A DNA stretch of 64,000 nt from Felis catus (GCF_018350175.1 NC_058368.1:191458001-191522000), one strand, 5' to 3'. Shown: positions 12,072 through 25,325, counted from the first letter of the stretch. Translations and numbers: made by a program. Notes: generated by a model from the letters alone, not told the origin.

Positions 12072-15000
12072 CTATAAACAACAATGAAAAGAGGTATGCA
12101 GAAAGTTTACTATTCTACAAGTGTAAAGGGGTGAATTAACATTTTTCTAAATTTCTTTCTCCCCCACTTTTCTTCTTCCTGAAAGACAACATCCATGCAT
12201 TTGACCACAACAGCTTTCAATGAACTACATGTTAACTTTTTCTCCTGCAGGAAAAATTCACATCCAAATCTGTTCCATTCTCCTTTGTCTTTGACCTTAA
12301 TCCTTCATTGGTGAAGGGGAAAAATGCTTCTTTAAAATAATCTTATTTACAATAAGATCTCACTGCAATTGTATTATAATAAGAGAAGTCATGATGAAAG
12401 TTCTAATACCTTCAAGAAGTCCCCATCACAAATACATACGCCAAAAAACACGAAGCATATGAGTTCATACATCTTCAGCTTTTCAAAAAGACCTTCACTA
12501 CACTGAACAAAAACATCAAATTAATAACAAGACAATAATCACCACATGGTCAAGCCTATTAACAATTTCTAAAGGGTGGACTCCCTTAAACACTCTCCAT
12601 TCATTCAATGATCTGATGCCAAGTTATAGCGTATTTGGGGAAAAGATAACACAGGGAAAAAGCAACTTGAGAAATAACAGGATTATTTTTATGTGGAAGA
12701 AGACATAGTTCTTTCAACATCAAACTCTGAAAATATTTTTTCATTCAACTTTGAAGAGTCTAGACGGAGCATGAACAATGCCACGCACGCTCTGCCACAA
12801 GTCATGTCATTATCCAGGACAGGAGCTCTTGCATTTAGTCCTCTGAGCTCCTATCCTGACCCGGGCTTTGGGCGAGTAGCTGAGGTTGTCCAAATGAAAA
12901 TGACAACTCAAAGAGCTCCCGAGATTCTCAGTCATTTGGGAACAGATCCAGGTAGATCAATAAGAGCGAATGAGTGTGGTCACAATGGATGATGGGCATA
13001 TGAACAGGGAGTACTGTGGACGGGGCTAGGATCCAAACCCTAGGTGGGATACAAACCCTGGATGGTGCCTCTAGACACCACCCAGTTCAACACCATGTGA
13101 CGCTGTTTCCCATAGACTCACACTAAGGAAGGAAGAAGCGGCTCTCCAAAGTAAAATCAAGATGGTGGTACAGGAAAAAGGGATAGCTTCTAGGCAGGCA
13201 AAATCAGCAGATGTCCGGGAAGCCAGAATGATTTATTTACGTAGAATATGTAGGGCAGACCTTTATAGACAAAGGGATAGCATTTTATAATGAACTGTGC
13301 TTCTGCAACAGTAGCACTGGGGCCACTTGGCACTGACACACAGGTAGACAGCCAGCACCAGAACGTCAAAACTAGCAGAAGTCAGCACTGACCATTAGCA
13401 TTGGTCATTAACATTGTATTCCTCCACTGGTCCACTGTTCCATCACAAGAAAGACCAAAGGCACTGCTGGACCCTCTAATGATGAATTGCTCAAAGCAGC
13501 CGGGGGGCGGGGTGGAAAGAAAGAAAGAAAAAAAGAAAAAGTATCAGCTCACAATTGAAACTGCGTTTTTTGCTTGATCCTGACAACAAACTCCTTTCTC
13601 TTTCATCCAAGAACACAATGAGCTCCCCAGGTATTCTTGTGTTCCTCTGGAAGGCTGGAAGATACAGTCTTTTCATAAGCTCAGATCATTCAACTGATGT
13701 GGATCTTGAAAATATTACAGATTAATCCCAAAGAACACACTGTGTTTTGCCATATTCATGTCAGATTTGTAAGTCATAGCCTGAAGTTGATATGTATGAC
13801 TAACACAGGCAAAAGACGGGATGGAAAATGAATTTCTCAGAAAGAAAGATACCAGCTGCTTGGAACTGTAATTAGTAAAGCTTCTAATTAACTGGCACTC
13901 TAAAAATAGAAGAAATCAGATACAATATATATCCTCTGACAATCATAAAAATCACAGCTCATTTATTAATGTAACAAGGCCTCCACACCCCATTGATTTT
14001 CTGTGATTTTATCAGAAGCTGCTTTCAAGCAAAACAAAAGTTCAGATAATCATTTCTAGTTCTACTCCCATCTCTTCCAACAGACTGAGACTTCCTTGAA
14101 GGCAGGAACTGTGTCACATGCATCTCTGGAACCCCCAGAATGGGTCTGATGTCCATGCAAAAGGAGGGAGAAGGGCAGGGTGAGGGGCAAAGTCAACAGA
14201 AAAGGCAAGAGCAGCAAGGGGACGACAGACCTAGAGAGTGTTATCGCTGTACCTGCCACATCACCTACTACGGTTTCTACGTAATCACTCAGCAAACGTT
14301 TGTGGGGCTGTTCCCTGGTGGACTCGAGTCCCGTGACTGGTCGGCGTATAGTCTCCTTTGATATTTCTTAGTTGGCCTGCAATGTCACTTTTGATCATTT
14401 TATCAATTCACCATCCTTTCATCAGCCAAAGCAGAACAAAAGGAGGCCTACTCTCACCCTCTTACTTTGGCACAGACTGCTGCATGAGTGAATTCTGGTT
14501 TTGTTTTGTATTTTTTTTTTCTTAAGGTCATTGCAAAAAATTTCCCTTGTTTCTTCTTCCCTGCAGGCTCTTAAGTCAAGACAGGTTTCAGCAATATCAC
14601 CAGCCCAGTAAGGGCTCTCGGATAAAAGAGCTGTCTGCCCAAGCTCCTCAATTGATCAGAGCTTTCAGACATGAAAGAGTAAACCAATTCCTAGTCAGCA
14701 AAGTTGCACTAGAGAAAAAAGCAAATAAAACCATCAAATGGATTACATACAAGCCTTGAATCCAAAATTAAAGAATATGGGGAAACAAGGTATTTAATCA
14801 ATTAGGATGAGCCCAATATTCTCTTTACAGCCAGAAACCAACCAATTAAGCAAACAGCAAATAACAGGCATTCCATTCCTGATATTTGTATAGCAAATGA
14901 TATGGTCATTCATTCTAATGTCCCAGCTTAAAGTTTCTGGCTTAATTCTTCAAATGTATTGAATCAGAATCATTTTTTTTTTAACTCTGTCAACTCATTC

Positions 15001-15200
15001 AAGGTCATTTTCTTCCACTGAATCAGATATTTGTACTTTCACTAAGATGTGTGCTTTGGCCAGTTACGATATTTAAAAGGAGAAGTGGCATTTGGGGTGT
15101 CTGCTAATATATCTAAACCATTCAATTCTACCTGACATAATGGAATGACATAAACAGAGTCCATTTCCATTTCAATGCAAAACAAGATAGCTAATACCTT

Positions 15201-15260
15201 TTTACCATACTCTTATTTTACAATACTCTTACTTTACCATACTCTTACCATATTCCCTTA
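15201..15260. repeat. Short tandem repeat, ~16-nt unit tttaccatactctta, 3 copies plus a partial
   Basis: Units start at 15201, 15217 and 15233. Confidence 0.7.
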
Positions 15261-15934
15261 TGCTATGTAATCCAAATTGCTATTCAAATAAGAATTGTGC
15301 AGTCAATGCCGTTATGTTCTCCTGATTAATCAACAACTTTCTAAAAACTTATGTAAGATAGCAAAGTTTTAAGTACAGCTGTTATCTGTAAAGAGACTGC
15401 AGGCATGTGTGATGAAAATGTAGTTTTTAATCCTTTATTTGGATTATATCTAAATTGGATAGATAGATAAGATACCGCACATTAAGGCATCTCACTCCAT
15501 AAAGTGTTTCCTAGATATAAATTGGGCATCTTAGTATTAAAAATGGCATTTTCTGCTCAGTAGTATTTTAGTTAATGGGCTTAAATAGTTGTAAGTTATG
15601 CCCTGATGGTGGACATGAGAAAGGGCGGGGGGGGCATTAGGCTTCTCAAAATTCCTATTACTTCCCAGGAACAGCTTTCACATTGGAAAAATCTGATTTC
15701 CATTACAACGTTAATTAAAGTAAATGGACAAAACTCGAGGACATGGTCTGGTGACCATTTTTCACATCCCTGGATGATCTGCGGTTTTTCTCATCCATTA
15801 CAAAAACATTTACGGACATATGTTTGCCATTAATAATTCAATACGGGATGTTTTATGACAAAAAAATGAACTCATTCGTGATTAAAAATACTGAAAACGG
15901 CATTATGTTAGCCATGCACTAATTAATGCATTCA

Positions 15935-16400
15935 CAAACTCATTCACTCATTCATTCATTCATTCATTCATTCATCAATTATTTATTGAATACATTCTAT
16001 GCCCAGACCTTACATAAATAAGGAGGCAGGACTTTTTTCCCCTTATTTCTCTCCTCTTTTTCTTGCTTTGAACAAACATTTTATTAAGCAGCTTCTATGG
16101 CAAAACACTAGGGCAAGCACTATGGTGGATATGATGGTAAGACACACATTCCTTTCTCTGATTTCTCAAACAACTGGGGGAAACGCTACATAAACAGCTT
16201 TTACATTAGGGAGGGTGAGCAAGCATTAACGAAAGGTGCTATCAAAGCAAAGATCTGCAATGCAGTAGAAGAAGAGATTTCGGTGTCTGCGAATGGAACA
16301 CTGAACTTGACCAGAAAAAAAGGAGAGGGCTTTCAACAGCAAAGAACATTCCGTGTGAAGGACTACATCTGCAAGGGCTTGGAAGTGGAGGCTGTACACG
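15935..16400 (-). mobile_element. L2 3' end fragments with (TTCA)n
   Basis: (ttca)n followed by tatttattgaatacattctatgcc, the typical L2 tail. Confidence 0.7.
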
Positions 16401-16919
16401 CTCAGGGAGCGATTTTGTTGAGCGATATCCTAATCGGCGCTTTTTCCACCCAGACTTCCTTTTTGTTCTGGCACCTTCCGCCTTTCAGGCCCTGAGGTGT
16501 GAGGTTGCCAACAGTGGCGGTGTGTGTGGAAACCGAGAACGCTGATGCCAAATCATTGATGTTTTGACCCCAGAGCCACAGGCTCGGTGGCATACAGGTA
16601 GTGTCTGACTCATTGCAGGCACATTTCTGCAGAAATGTCCTCTTATTCTACCTTATTTGTCTTCACAGCATACCCACCACCTCAGAGTATCTCCTTGTTC
16701 ATCTGTCTCCCTCCACACTATCTGGAACAGAAGCTCCAGGGGACCGGTGTGCTTGTCTTCCCTGTCGCTTCCTTCCATCCATTCATTTTCTCATTTAATC
16801 AACTAAAATGAATTGAGCCACAACTCCAAGAATGAACCTGTACTAGAAATTAGAAGTATAAAGATGGATGAGACGGCATCCCTGCTTTGAAAGAGTATGT
16901 CATTCATAAAGGTGGGCGT

Positions 16920-17625
16920 TCAATTATCTATTCTTCTGTAACGATCTACTCCAAAACATAATGGCTTGGTACAACCTATTATGATTAGATTTCATAATTC
17001 TACTGGTCAAGAATTAGGACAGACCTGGGGCGCCTGGGTGGCTCAGTAGGTTAAGCGTCCGACTTGGGCTCAAGTCATGATCCTGCAGTTTGTGAGTTCG
17101 AGTCCCGCGCTGGGCTCTGTGCTGACAGCTCAGACTCTGCTTCAGATTCTGTGTCTCCCTCTCTCTCTGACCCTCCCCTGCTTGCACTCTCTCTATCTCT
17201 CTCAAAAATACATAAATATTAAATTTTTTTTTAAAACTAAAAAGGAAGAATTAAGACAGACCATAGCAGGAATAAGCTCATTTCTCCTCCATTGAAGTCT
17301 GGGATCTGAGCTAAAATGGTTTATGCAGTCAGGGTCTGAACAACTGAGGGCTGACTGGGCAGCTTTCCCTGTCCATATGGCCTTTCCATTTGCGTGGCTT
17401 GAGCTTCCTTACAGCAAGGAGGCCTCAGGGTACTTGGATCTCTAACACTGGCTCACGGTCCCTGGAGATCAAAGTGGAACCTGCCAATCCTCTTAAAGGT
17501 GAGGCTAGATCTGCCCTAGCATCATTTCCATCACCCTCCATTTGTCCACAAAGTCACAGTCCAAGCTGGAGGAAAGGGGAAAGAGACCCATCCCTCAATG
17601 GGAAAAGTGTCAAAGAATTTGCAGT
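16920..17625 (-). mobile_element. MLT1H-like MaLR LTR, interrupted by a SINE
   Basis: Reverse complement begins caaattctttgacacttttcccattgag...gtaccctgaggcc...aggaagctcaagcc, as in MLT1H. Confidence 0.75.
17027..17245 (+). mobile_element. CanSINE with TSD
   Basis: TSD aagaattaggacagacc (17009-17025) / aagaattaagacagacc (17246-17262). Confidence 0.96.
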
Positions 17626-17850
17626 GAGCCAAGCCGAATCCCAAATTACTGTGCCATGAGGTAAAATACAAAGCACCAACACGGCAACATGCTGTCATCA
17701 AAAGCAAGACTTGGTTGTCTCACAGACATGGTTTTCAGTCCTGATTCCACTGTGTCCTAGGAATGTGACACCGGGTAAGCGACTTAGCCACTCAGAATTT
17801 TTGTTTTCTCCTCTGAAAAGGGAGGCTAATACTTCTACCCAGATGGATGA

Positions 17851-18072
17851 ATTTTTTAAATTTTTTAATGTTTATTTTATTTTTTGAGAGAGAGAGAGAT
17901 GGCGGGCAAGGGGTGGGGGGTGGGTAGTACAGAGAGGAAGACACAGAATCTGAAACAGGTTCCAGGCTCTGAGCTGTCAGCCCAGAGCTGACGCAGGGCT
18001 CAAACTCACAGACTGCGAGATCATGACCTGAGCCAAAGTTGCATGCTTAACCAACTGAGCCACCCAGGCGCC
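17851..18072 (-). mobile_element. CanSINE inserted in a MIR
   Basis: Minus-strand SINE; MIR-like flank from about 17710. Confidence 0.95.
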
Positions 18073-18393
18073 TCTGATTTTTAATAATTAAATGAGATTT
18101 CATTCAACACACAAACACCCACAGGCACTTGCAGACACATGCACACACACCCACAGAGGAGTATGCACGCACACAGAGCAGACACCTGGCCCAGACATTG
18201 GGACATGGCAGACACTCGGGGAAGGTTAGTTGCTATTCTCATTAACAATGGTACAATTGAGTAAATATGACCATTTCATGTCTCCGTAATTTTATATATC
18301 ATATTTTCAAATATGTGCTTTTGAAGTAATCACATCTACGAAGATGACAGAAAACAGTGGACATTCCTTTTGAGCAAAAAATCAAACTGAGTT

Positions 18394-18612
18394 GGGGTGC
18401 CTGGGTGGCTCAGTCGGTTAAGTGTCTGACTTTGGCTCAGGTCATGATCTCACGGTTTGTGGGTTCAAGCCCCGCGTCGGGCTCTGTGCTGACAGCTCAG
18501 AGCCTGGAGCCTCCTTCGGATTCTGAGTCTCCCTCTCTCTCTCTGCCCCTCCCCTGCTCACCCTCTGTCTCTCTCTCTCTCTCAAAAATAAATAAAACAT
18601 TAAAAAATTAAG
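18394..18612 (+). mobile_element. CanSINE (SINEC_Fc-type) with TSD
   Basis: TSD aaaaaatcaaactgagtt / aaaaaattaaactgagtt. Confidence 0.97.
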
Positions 18613-19319
18613 AAAAAATTAAACTGAGTTACCAGCAGCTCAAGAAGGAGAGGTTGAAGGTTAAACAGAAAATTAAAAAAAAATAAAAATAAAAAACATA
18701 AGAGGCAAGAAAATAATTACTAGTCTAAATCACGGGGTCCTAGAAGAAATAAAATAGATCTCAGAAGGCAGTAACATTAAAGCAAAATGTTATTTCCCAT
18801 AGCACTTTATATTATGCAGAGATTCTGAGCCAATTCTTTAAGAGATAAAAAAAAAAGCTGGCACAATTAGATGGCAGTTGTGGGTTTGTGGTCAGAGTAT
18901 AAACTGTTAGAACCAAAGAGAAATATGGTTAATCAGACAAATGACTCTTAAAAATCACCTTCAAGGTTTATAGGGAATCAGAACATAACAACATGGATGG
19001 AGGTCCTTCACTAACTACAAGGACAGACAATGGGTGAAACACAGAGAAGGTATAGCAGAAAAGGCTCCACTCAATTTATAAGTATATCTGTTACCACAAC
19101 AAACCCATAAGGCACTCAAAGAGCAATAAAGTATAAGCCCTTCATTTTAGAATTTTACTCACTTAAAAATCTGTATCACCAAAAATCTAAAGGAAACCAC
19201 TACAAAGTGGCTGATTTCTGATTCGCAGGCTGAATGGTGTATCCGGGCAAATAGGTTGACCGATTATCTAGTATGTACTCTAAGTGAAATTATAATAAAA
19301 TTAACATCACCAAATTCTT

Positions 19320-19389
19320 TTTTTCCCCTTTTTGGGGGGGTAAAGCTGTTTTTTAAACATAATTTATTGACAAATTGATTTCCATACAA
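19320..19389 (-). mobile_element. Extremely 5'-truncated felid L1 tail (about 35 nt of L1 plus tail)
   Basis: aatttattgacaaattgatttccatacaa matches the L1 terminus; TSD caccaaattctt (19308-19319) / catcaaattctt (19390-19401). Confidence 0.75.
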
Positions 19390-20110
19390 CATCAAATTCT
19401 TACCTTCGTGAAAAATACTCTGATTTCCTCAAGTCATTAAAAGTTATCATGAATAAAATTCTTAAGAGAGGATACAAAGTTCCAGTCATTACTTCCTGCC
19501 AGAGATGACACTGAGAATTCCCATACTGCCCATGGGCATTATCTTTCATGGGAAGCTACAAAGAGAATTGTTTTCCCAACCAAGAAAACTTGTTCAGCTC
19601 TTCTCACGTTTATATGTGAAATTAAAAAAACAAACCTATTCAGACCAAAGCATGTGGGCAAGAGGCCAAGAAAAGTGAGAATTCCAAAGAAATGGATAAA
19701 TTCCTAGAAACACATAACCTCCTAAAACGGAATCAGGAAGAAATAGAAAATGTGAACAGCAATGAAATGGAATCAGAAATTAATTAATTAATTAAAAAAA
19801 AAAAACTACCTCCCAATAAACAAAAGTCTAGGACCAGATGACTTCACAGGTGAATTCCATCAAACATTTAAAGAAGAGCTAATACTTATTCTTCTCAAAC
19901 TATTCCAACAATTAGAAGAAAAGGGAATGCTTCAAAATTCATTCTCTGAAGCCAGCATTATCCTGATACCAAAACCAGAAAAAGACACTACAGAAAAAGA
20001 AAACTATAGGCCAATATCTCTGATGAACACAGATGCAAGTATTAGCAAATATCAACAAAATATTAGCAAACAAAATCCAACAATACATTTAAAAAATCAT
20101 TTCCCACAAT

Positions 20111-20296
20111 GGGGCACCTGGGTGGCTCAGTCAGTTAAGCATCTGACTCTTGCTTTTGGCTCAGGTCATGATCTTGCAGTCATGAGGCTGAACCTCTTTT
20201 TGGGCTTGTGCTGAGCATGAAGCCTGCTTGGGATTCTCTCTCTCCCTTTCTCTGCCCCTCCCTACCCTCACAAAATAAATAAATAAACTTAAAAAA
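20111..20296 (+). mobile_element. CanSINE nested in L1
   Basis: ggggcacctgggtggctcagtc head; flanked by aaaaatcattt repeats. Confidence 0.94.
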
Positions 20297-21855
20297 ATCA
20301 TTTACGATGATCAAGCCGAATTTATTCCCAGGATGCAAGGGTGGTTCGATATTCGCAAATCAATCAAGGTGATTGATATATCACACCAACAAGACAAAGG
20401 ATTAAAAGCCATAGGGTCATTTAAATAGATGCAGAAAAGCATTTAACAAAGTATAGCATCCATTCAAGATAAAAACCCTCAGCAAAGGAGGTTTAGAGGG
20501 AACACACCTCAACATAATAAAGCCCATATATTAAAAAGCCACAGCTAATATCATACTCAATGGGGAAAAACTGAGAGCTTTTCCCTTAAGATTGGAAATA
20601 AGACAAAGATGTCCACTCTCACCACTTTTATTCAACATAGTATTAGAAGCCCTTGTCACAGCAATCAGACAACAACGAAAAGACATCCAAATTAGTAAGG
20701 AAGAAGAAAAAAATATTCACTATTTGCAAATGATGTGATTATACATATATATACATACATATATGTACATATATAGAGACATATGTACATATATATGTAC
20801 GTATATATAGTCCTAAAGACCCCACCAGAAACTCCCGGAACTCATAAATGAATTCAGTAAGGTCATAGTATACAAAATCGATGTACAGAAATCTCTTGCA
20901 TTTCTATACACTAATAACAAAGTGGCAGAAAGGGAAATTAAGAAAACAATCCCATTTACAACTATACCAAAAATAATAAGATACTAAGGAATAAACCTAA
21001 CCAAAGTAGTGAAAGACCTATACTCTGAAAAGTATAAAACACTGATAAAAGAAAGTCAAGACCACTCAAACAAATGGAAAGATATCCTATGCTCAAGAAT
21101 TGGAAGAACAAATATTGTTAAAATGTCTATGCTACCCAAAGCAATCTACAGATTTAATGCAATTCCTATCAAAATACCAAGAGCACTTTTCACAGAACTA
21201 GTATAAATAATCCTAAAATCTGTACGGAACCATAAAAGATCCGAAATATCCAAAGCAATCTTGAAAAGGAAGGACTGAACTGGGGATATCACAATCTCAG
21301 ATTTCAGGATATACTACAAATCTGTAGTAACCAAAACAGTTTGGTAGTGGCAGAAAAACAGACACACAGATCAATGGAATACAATAGAAAGTCCAGAAAC
21401 AAACCCCTGATTATATGGCCAATTAATCTTCAACAAAGGAGGAAAGAGTATACAATGGGAAAAAGTATGTTCAACAAACGGTTTTGGGAAAACTGGACAG
21501 CTATATGCAAAAGAATGAAACTGGACCACTCTCTTACACAATACACAAAAATAAACTCAAGATGGATTAAGGACCTAAATGTCAGACCCGAAACCATAAA
21601 AATCCTAGAAGAGAGCACGGGCAATAATTTCTCTGACATTGGTCATACCAACATTTTTCTGGATGTGTCTCCTGCGGCAAGGGAAACAAAAGCAAAAATA
21701 AACTATTAGGACTACATCAAATTAAAAAGCTTCTGCACAGCATAACAATAAAAAAATCAACAAAACTCAAAGACAACCTACTGAATGGGAGAAGATATTT
21801 GCAGATGACAAATTGGATAAAGGCTTAGTATCCAAAATATACAAAGAACTTATCC

Positions 21856-21856
<1 letters not shown>

Positions 21857-21899
<43 letters not shown>
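21857..21899. repeat. (CA)n microsatellite
   Basis: Directly visible. Confidence 0.98.
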
Positions 21900-21901
<2 letters not shown>

Positions 21902-22212
21902 TAATCCAATTAAATGTATATTTTAATGGCAGAAGACATTTCGCCAAAACGACATACAGATGGCAGGCAGACACGTGCAAAGATGCTCAACGTCAATACT
22001 CATTAGGGAAATACAAATCAAAACAACAATGAGCTATCACCTCACACCTGTCAGACTGACTAAAATCAAAAAACACAGAAAACAATACGTGTGCACTGTT
22101 TGTTGGTGGGAATGCAAACTGGTCCAAAACATTAAAAACAGAATTACCAGATGATCCAGTATTGGATATTTTCCCAAAGAATAGGAAAACACTAATTTGA
22201 AAAGATACATGC

Positions 22213-22279
22213 AGCCTTGTGCAGTGGTAGTATTGAAGCCAATGAGGTTTATCCGAGCTGCAATTATTCCTAATTGAAA
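22213..22279 (+). pseudogene. 3'-truncated (tailless) U4 snRNA retropseudogene, U4 nt 1-67, inserted in an L1
   Basis: agccttgtgcagtggtagtattgaagccaatgaggtttatccgagctgcaattattcctaattgaaa aligns without gaps to remembered U4 (AGCTTTGCGCAGTGGCAGTATCGTAGCCAATGAGGTTTATCCGAGGCGCGATTATTGCTAATTGAAA), 58/67 identical. Flanked by the direct repeat aaagatacatg (22201-22211 and 22277-22287). Confidence 0.93.
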
Positions 22280-22770
22280 GATACATGGGCCCCTGTGTTT
22301 ACTGCAGCGTGATTCACAATAGTAAATTGTGCAAGCAGCCCAAGTATCCATCATAGATGAATGAATATACAAGAAGTGGTACATATATTCAATGGAATAT
22401 TACTCATCCCTAAGAAAGAATGAAATCTTGCCATTTGCAATAACATGGACAGAGCTAAAGAGTACAATGCTAAGTAAAATAAGTCAGTCAGAGAAAGACA
22501 AATACCATATAATTTCACTCATGTGGAATTAAAGAAACAAAACAAATGAACAAAGAGAAAAAGAGACAAACCAAGAAATAGACACTTAACTATAAAGAAC
22601 AGACTGATGGTTTCAAGGTGGGGAGGGGATGGTTGAAACAGTTGAAGGGGATTAAGAGTACACTTACCATGATGAGCACTGAATAATGTATAGAATTGCT
22701 GAGTCACTATACGTACACCTGAAACTAACATAATACTGTATGCTAACTACACTGGAATTAAAATAAGAAA

Positions 22771-23000
22771 GGGGCGTCTGGGTGGCTCAGTCGGTTAGGT
22801 GTCCAACTTCCGTTCAGGTCATTATCTCACGGGTCGTGGGTTTGAGCCCCACATCGGGCTCTGTGCTGACAGCTCAGAGCCTGAACCCTGCTTCATATTG
22901 TGTCTCCCTCTCTTTCTGCATACCCCCCTGCTTGCACTCTCTCCCTCTCAGAAAAATAAACATTAAAAAAATTAATAAAAAATGTATTAAAAAAAATTAA
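22771..23000 (+). mobile_element. CanSINE inserted in the L1 poly-A tail
   Basis: SINE head immediately follows the L1 terminus ...actggaattaaaataagaaa. Confidence 0.95.
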
Positions 23001-24934
23001 AAGGAAAGTGAAGATTCCAGATAGGAGAACATCCAAGATAAGAGAGAGGCAGCAATGTTCTGAAGAGTCAGCATAATTCCTAGAGGAGTCTTTCCTGGTC
23101 CTCTGTGAACCCTAGGTTTGCACACACAAAAAATGGGTTTGCAGACCGTGAATTAGTTTTGCCAGGGACTCCGAGCCTCCAACGTCTGGGAGGCTGTATG
23201 ACACACAAAAAGTTATCTGGTGTCTTCCTATAAGTCTCCCACCTTATCGCCACTATGATTACATCCATCAAATATTTCTGAGCTCTATTTTCAGCGGGAA
23301 GTTAAGTAGGGTGGAGATGTTACACATTTATGGAGAAAGGAGTTGTAATAAAATTGTTCATTGTTATGGCCTTATTTGGGCAAAATTAAATGTGAGGGAA
23401 GATAATGTGTAAAACCAGGTATGGGCCTTACAACTCGGCCCTTTAATTTTTCTTCAAACTCCATCGAGAAGAAGGTACATATCCCACACCTTTCTACTAT
23501 AATTATCAAATTACTCAGCCACAAAGACAGTGTGGAAGGCAGCAGGATGTGCAATTGGCTGATTGAAATTTGGTAACAGTTTTAAGACTGTGAAATGACT
23601 GTAGCAAGCGTTTCCTACATGTTGTCTCATTGAAACCAAGACGAGTTAGTACATTTTGAAGATAAGATGATGGAAACACAGAAAGGTGAAATAACCAATG
23701 TCACCTAGTCATCAAGTAGCATGGATCGGAAGACACGGCTTCCACCCTTCCTATAATACTCTTAAGAGTCATCAAACTGCTCCTTATGATGCTGATTTTA
23801 ACTGAGCAGCTGAACTTAGGTGAGTCACTACCTTTATGCTCTGTTCCATTGCCAGCACTAACAACACGAGGATGGCAGCACGAAGCTTCCTCAATTAAGT
23901 TTTGGTAAGTAACAATTAAGAGGAAGTAGATGACAGTGCTGTATGGTTATTGCCTTCTTTCCTTTACATTTACTATAGAATCTCCTCTTTCCCTCCATCA
24001 TCGTAAGAAGGCTTCTATTAATGAATGATGCCTCTTTCCAGGATCCCTGAGTCACAACTTTATTCTAATATGTTATAAACAGCCTTATTTATAAAAATAA
24101 AACCACATTCTAAGTCTTAGCAACACCCTCTGGCAATTAACAAACTTGCTTAAGATGAGTTTTTATGCAGTAAGTGTGGGAAGAACCTAATTAAGGAAGA
24201 TGGAGAATTTACAATGAAGAAGGGAAATATAGGACAACATATTGTCGTTAAAAAAAATACAAGATTTTAGAAATCCGGTAAAGTGGGAAGCTGCCATAGC
24301 CAGTTGAAGGGGCAGGGCTACGTGCAAAGAAGGAATGTAAAATCAAGGGAAACACAAACTCAATCTCAATACACAAGGCCTTCGTGAGCTGTGTTTTTTG
24401 AATTCATATTATTGACATTCATTCTAAATTGCAGAGGAAATGAATTTTGAGTTTCAAAGCATCAGCCCTACTACAAGTTATTCACACCACCGTAAGAATA
24501 ATGGGTTGTGTTTGTTCTAAGTGTAGCACTCCATAAATCAAGGACTTTGGGACATAACGGAAACTCACTTCAAGGTAGATTGAGCCGAACTACGTGTTTG
24601 GGAGAAGAGATGATGGTGCAGAATTTATTAGAAGGGTCTACATGTGTCCATTGAGATGGAGTCAGGAGAAGAAACGTTTTGTGCTTTGTGAGAGACTTGG
24701 ACAGAGCAGTAGGAAGCCACTGAGAGTCAAAGCTACAGGTGAACCTTGAAGCCACATCATGTCCTAGCTGGAGCATCCCCAGTCAGTATCTCCCTTCTGA
24801 GTCTGAGTTCTACACTTACAAGAAAGAGAATCAGACTGTCTTTCTTTGAGTTAGAAGTCACCTGTCCTGTTCTATTTTGGTCTTGCCTTGGGTAGAAGGA
24901 ATGGGTCACATAGTTCAACTAACTCCTATCACTT

Positions 24935-25325
24935 GTTTTAGCTTGGATTGTCACAAAAAAATAACGATAGACTAGGTGGACTAAAGAACATGCTTCACCA
25001 TTCTGGGGTTGGAAGTTTGAGATGAGGGTACAAACATACTTGTGTTCTGGCGAGAGCTTCCTTCCTGCCTTGCGGACTGTCACCTTATCTCTGTGTACTC
25101 ACATGGCCTCTCCTCAGTGTATGTATAGGGCTCTCCCTCACTCTCTTCCCCTTAAGGCCACTAATCCCATCATGAGGGTGGAAGTTAGAAGTAATCTAAC
25201 CCTAATCACCTTCAAAGGTCCCATTTCCAAATGCCAGAACATTGGGGGCTGGGGGGGAGGCGGTCAGGGCTTGAACATACATAATTTGGGGTGGGGGACC
25301 TCACAAACATTCAATCCATTGTGCA
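24935..25325 (-). mobile_element. MLT1A-like MaLR solo LTR
   Basis: ctcacatggcct...ccactaatcccatcatgaggg...cacaaacattca motifs. Confidence 0.8.

Larger units (their letters stand above)
19687..22770 (+). mobile_element. 5'-truncated carnivore L1 (~3.1 kb), degraded ORF2 RT to C-terminus plus 3'UTR
   Basis: ORF2 peptides [26 protein letters not shown] and [17 protein letters not shown], broken by stops and frameshifts. Probable diverged TSD aagaaaagtgagaattcca (19668-19686) / aaggaaagtgaagattcca (23001-23019), 16/19. Confidence 0.97.

Noticed and set aside
19404..19555. Minus-strand exon-like segment with strong donor AAG|gtaaga and one open frame
   Set aside because: Ends in phase 2, which hits TGA immediately in the 12 kb exon; the acceptor is ambiguous and an L1 inserted right beside the donor.
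19927..22154. Several 60-120 aa ORFs with reverse-transcriptase-like peptides
   Set aside because: Fragments of a decayed L1 ORF2; not a retron, diversity-generating retroelement or domesticated gene.
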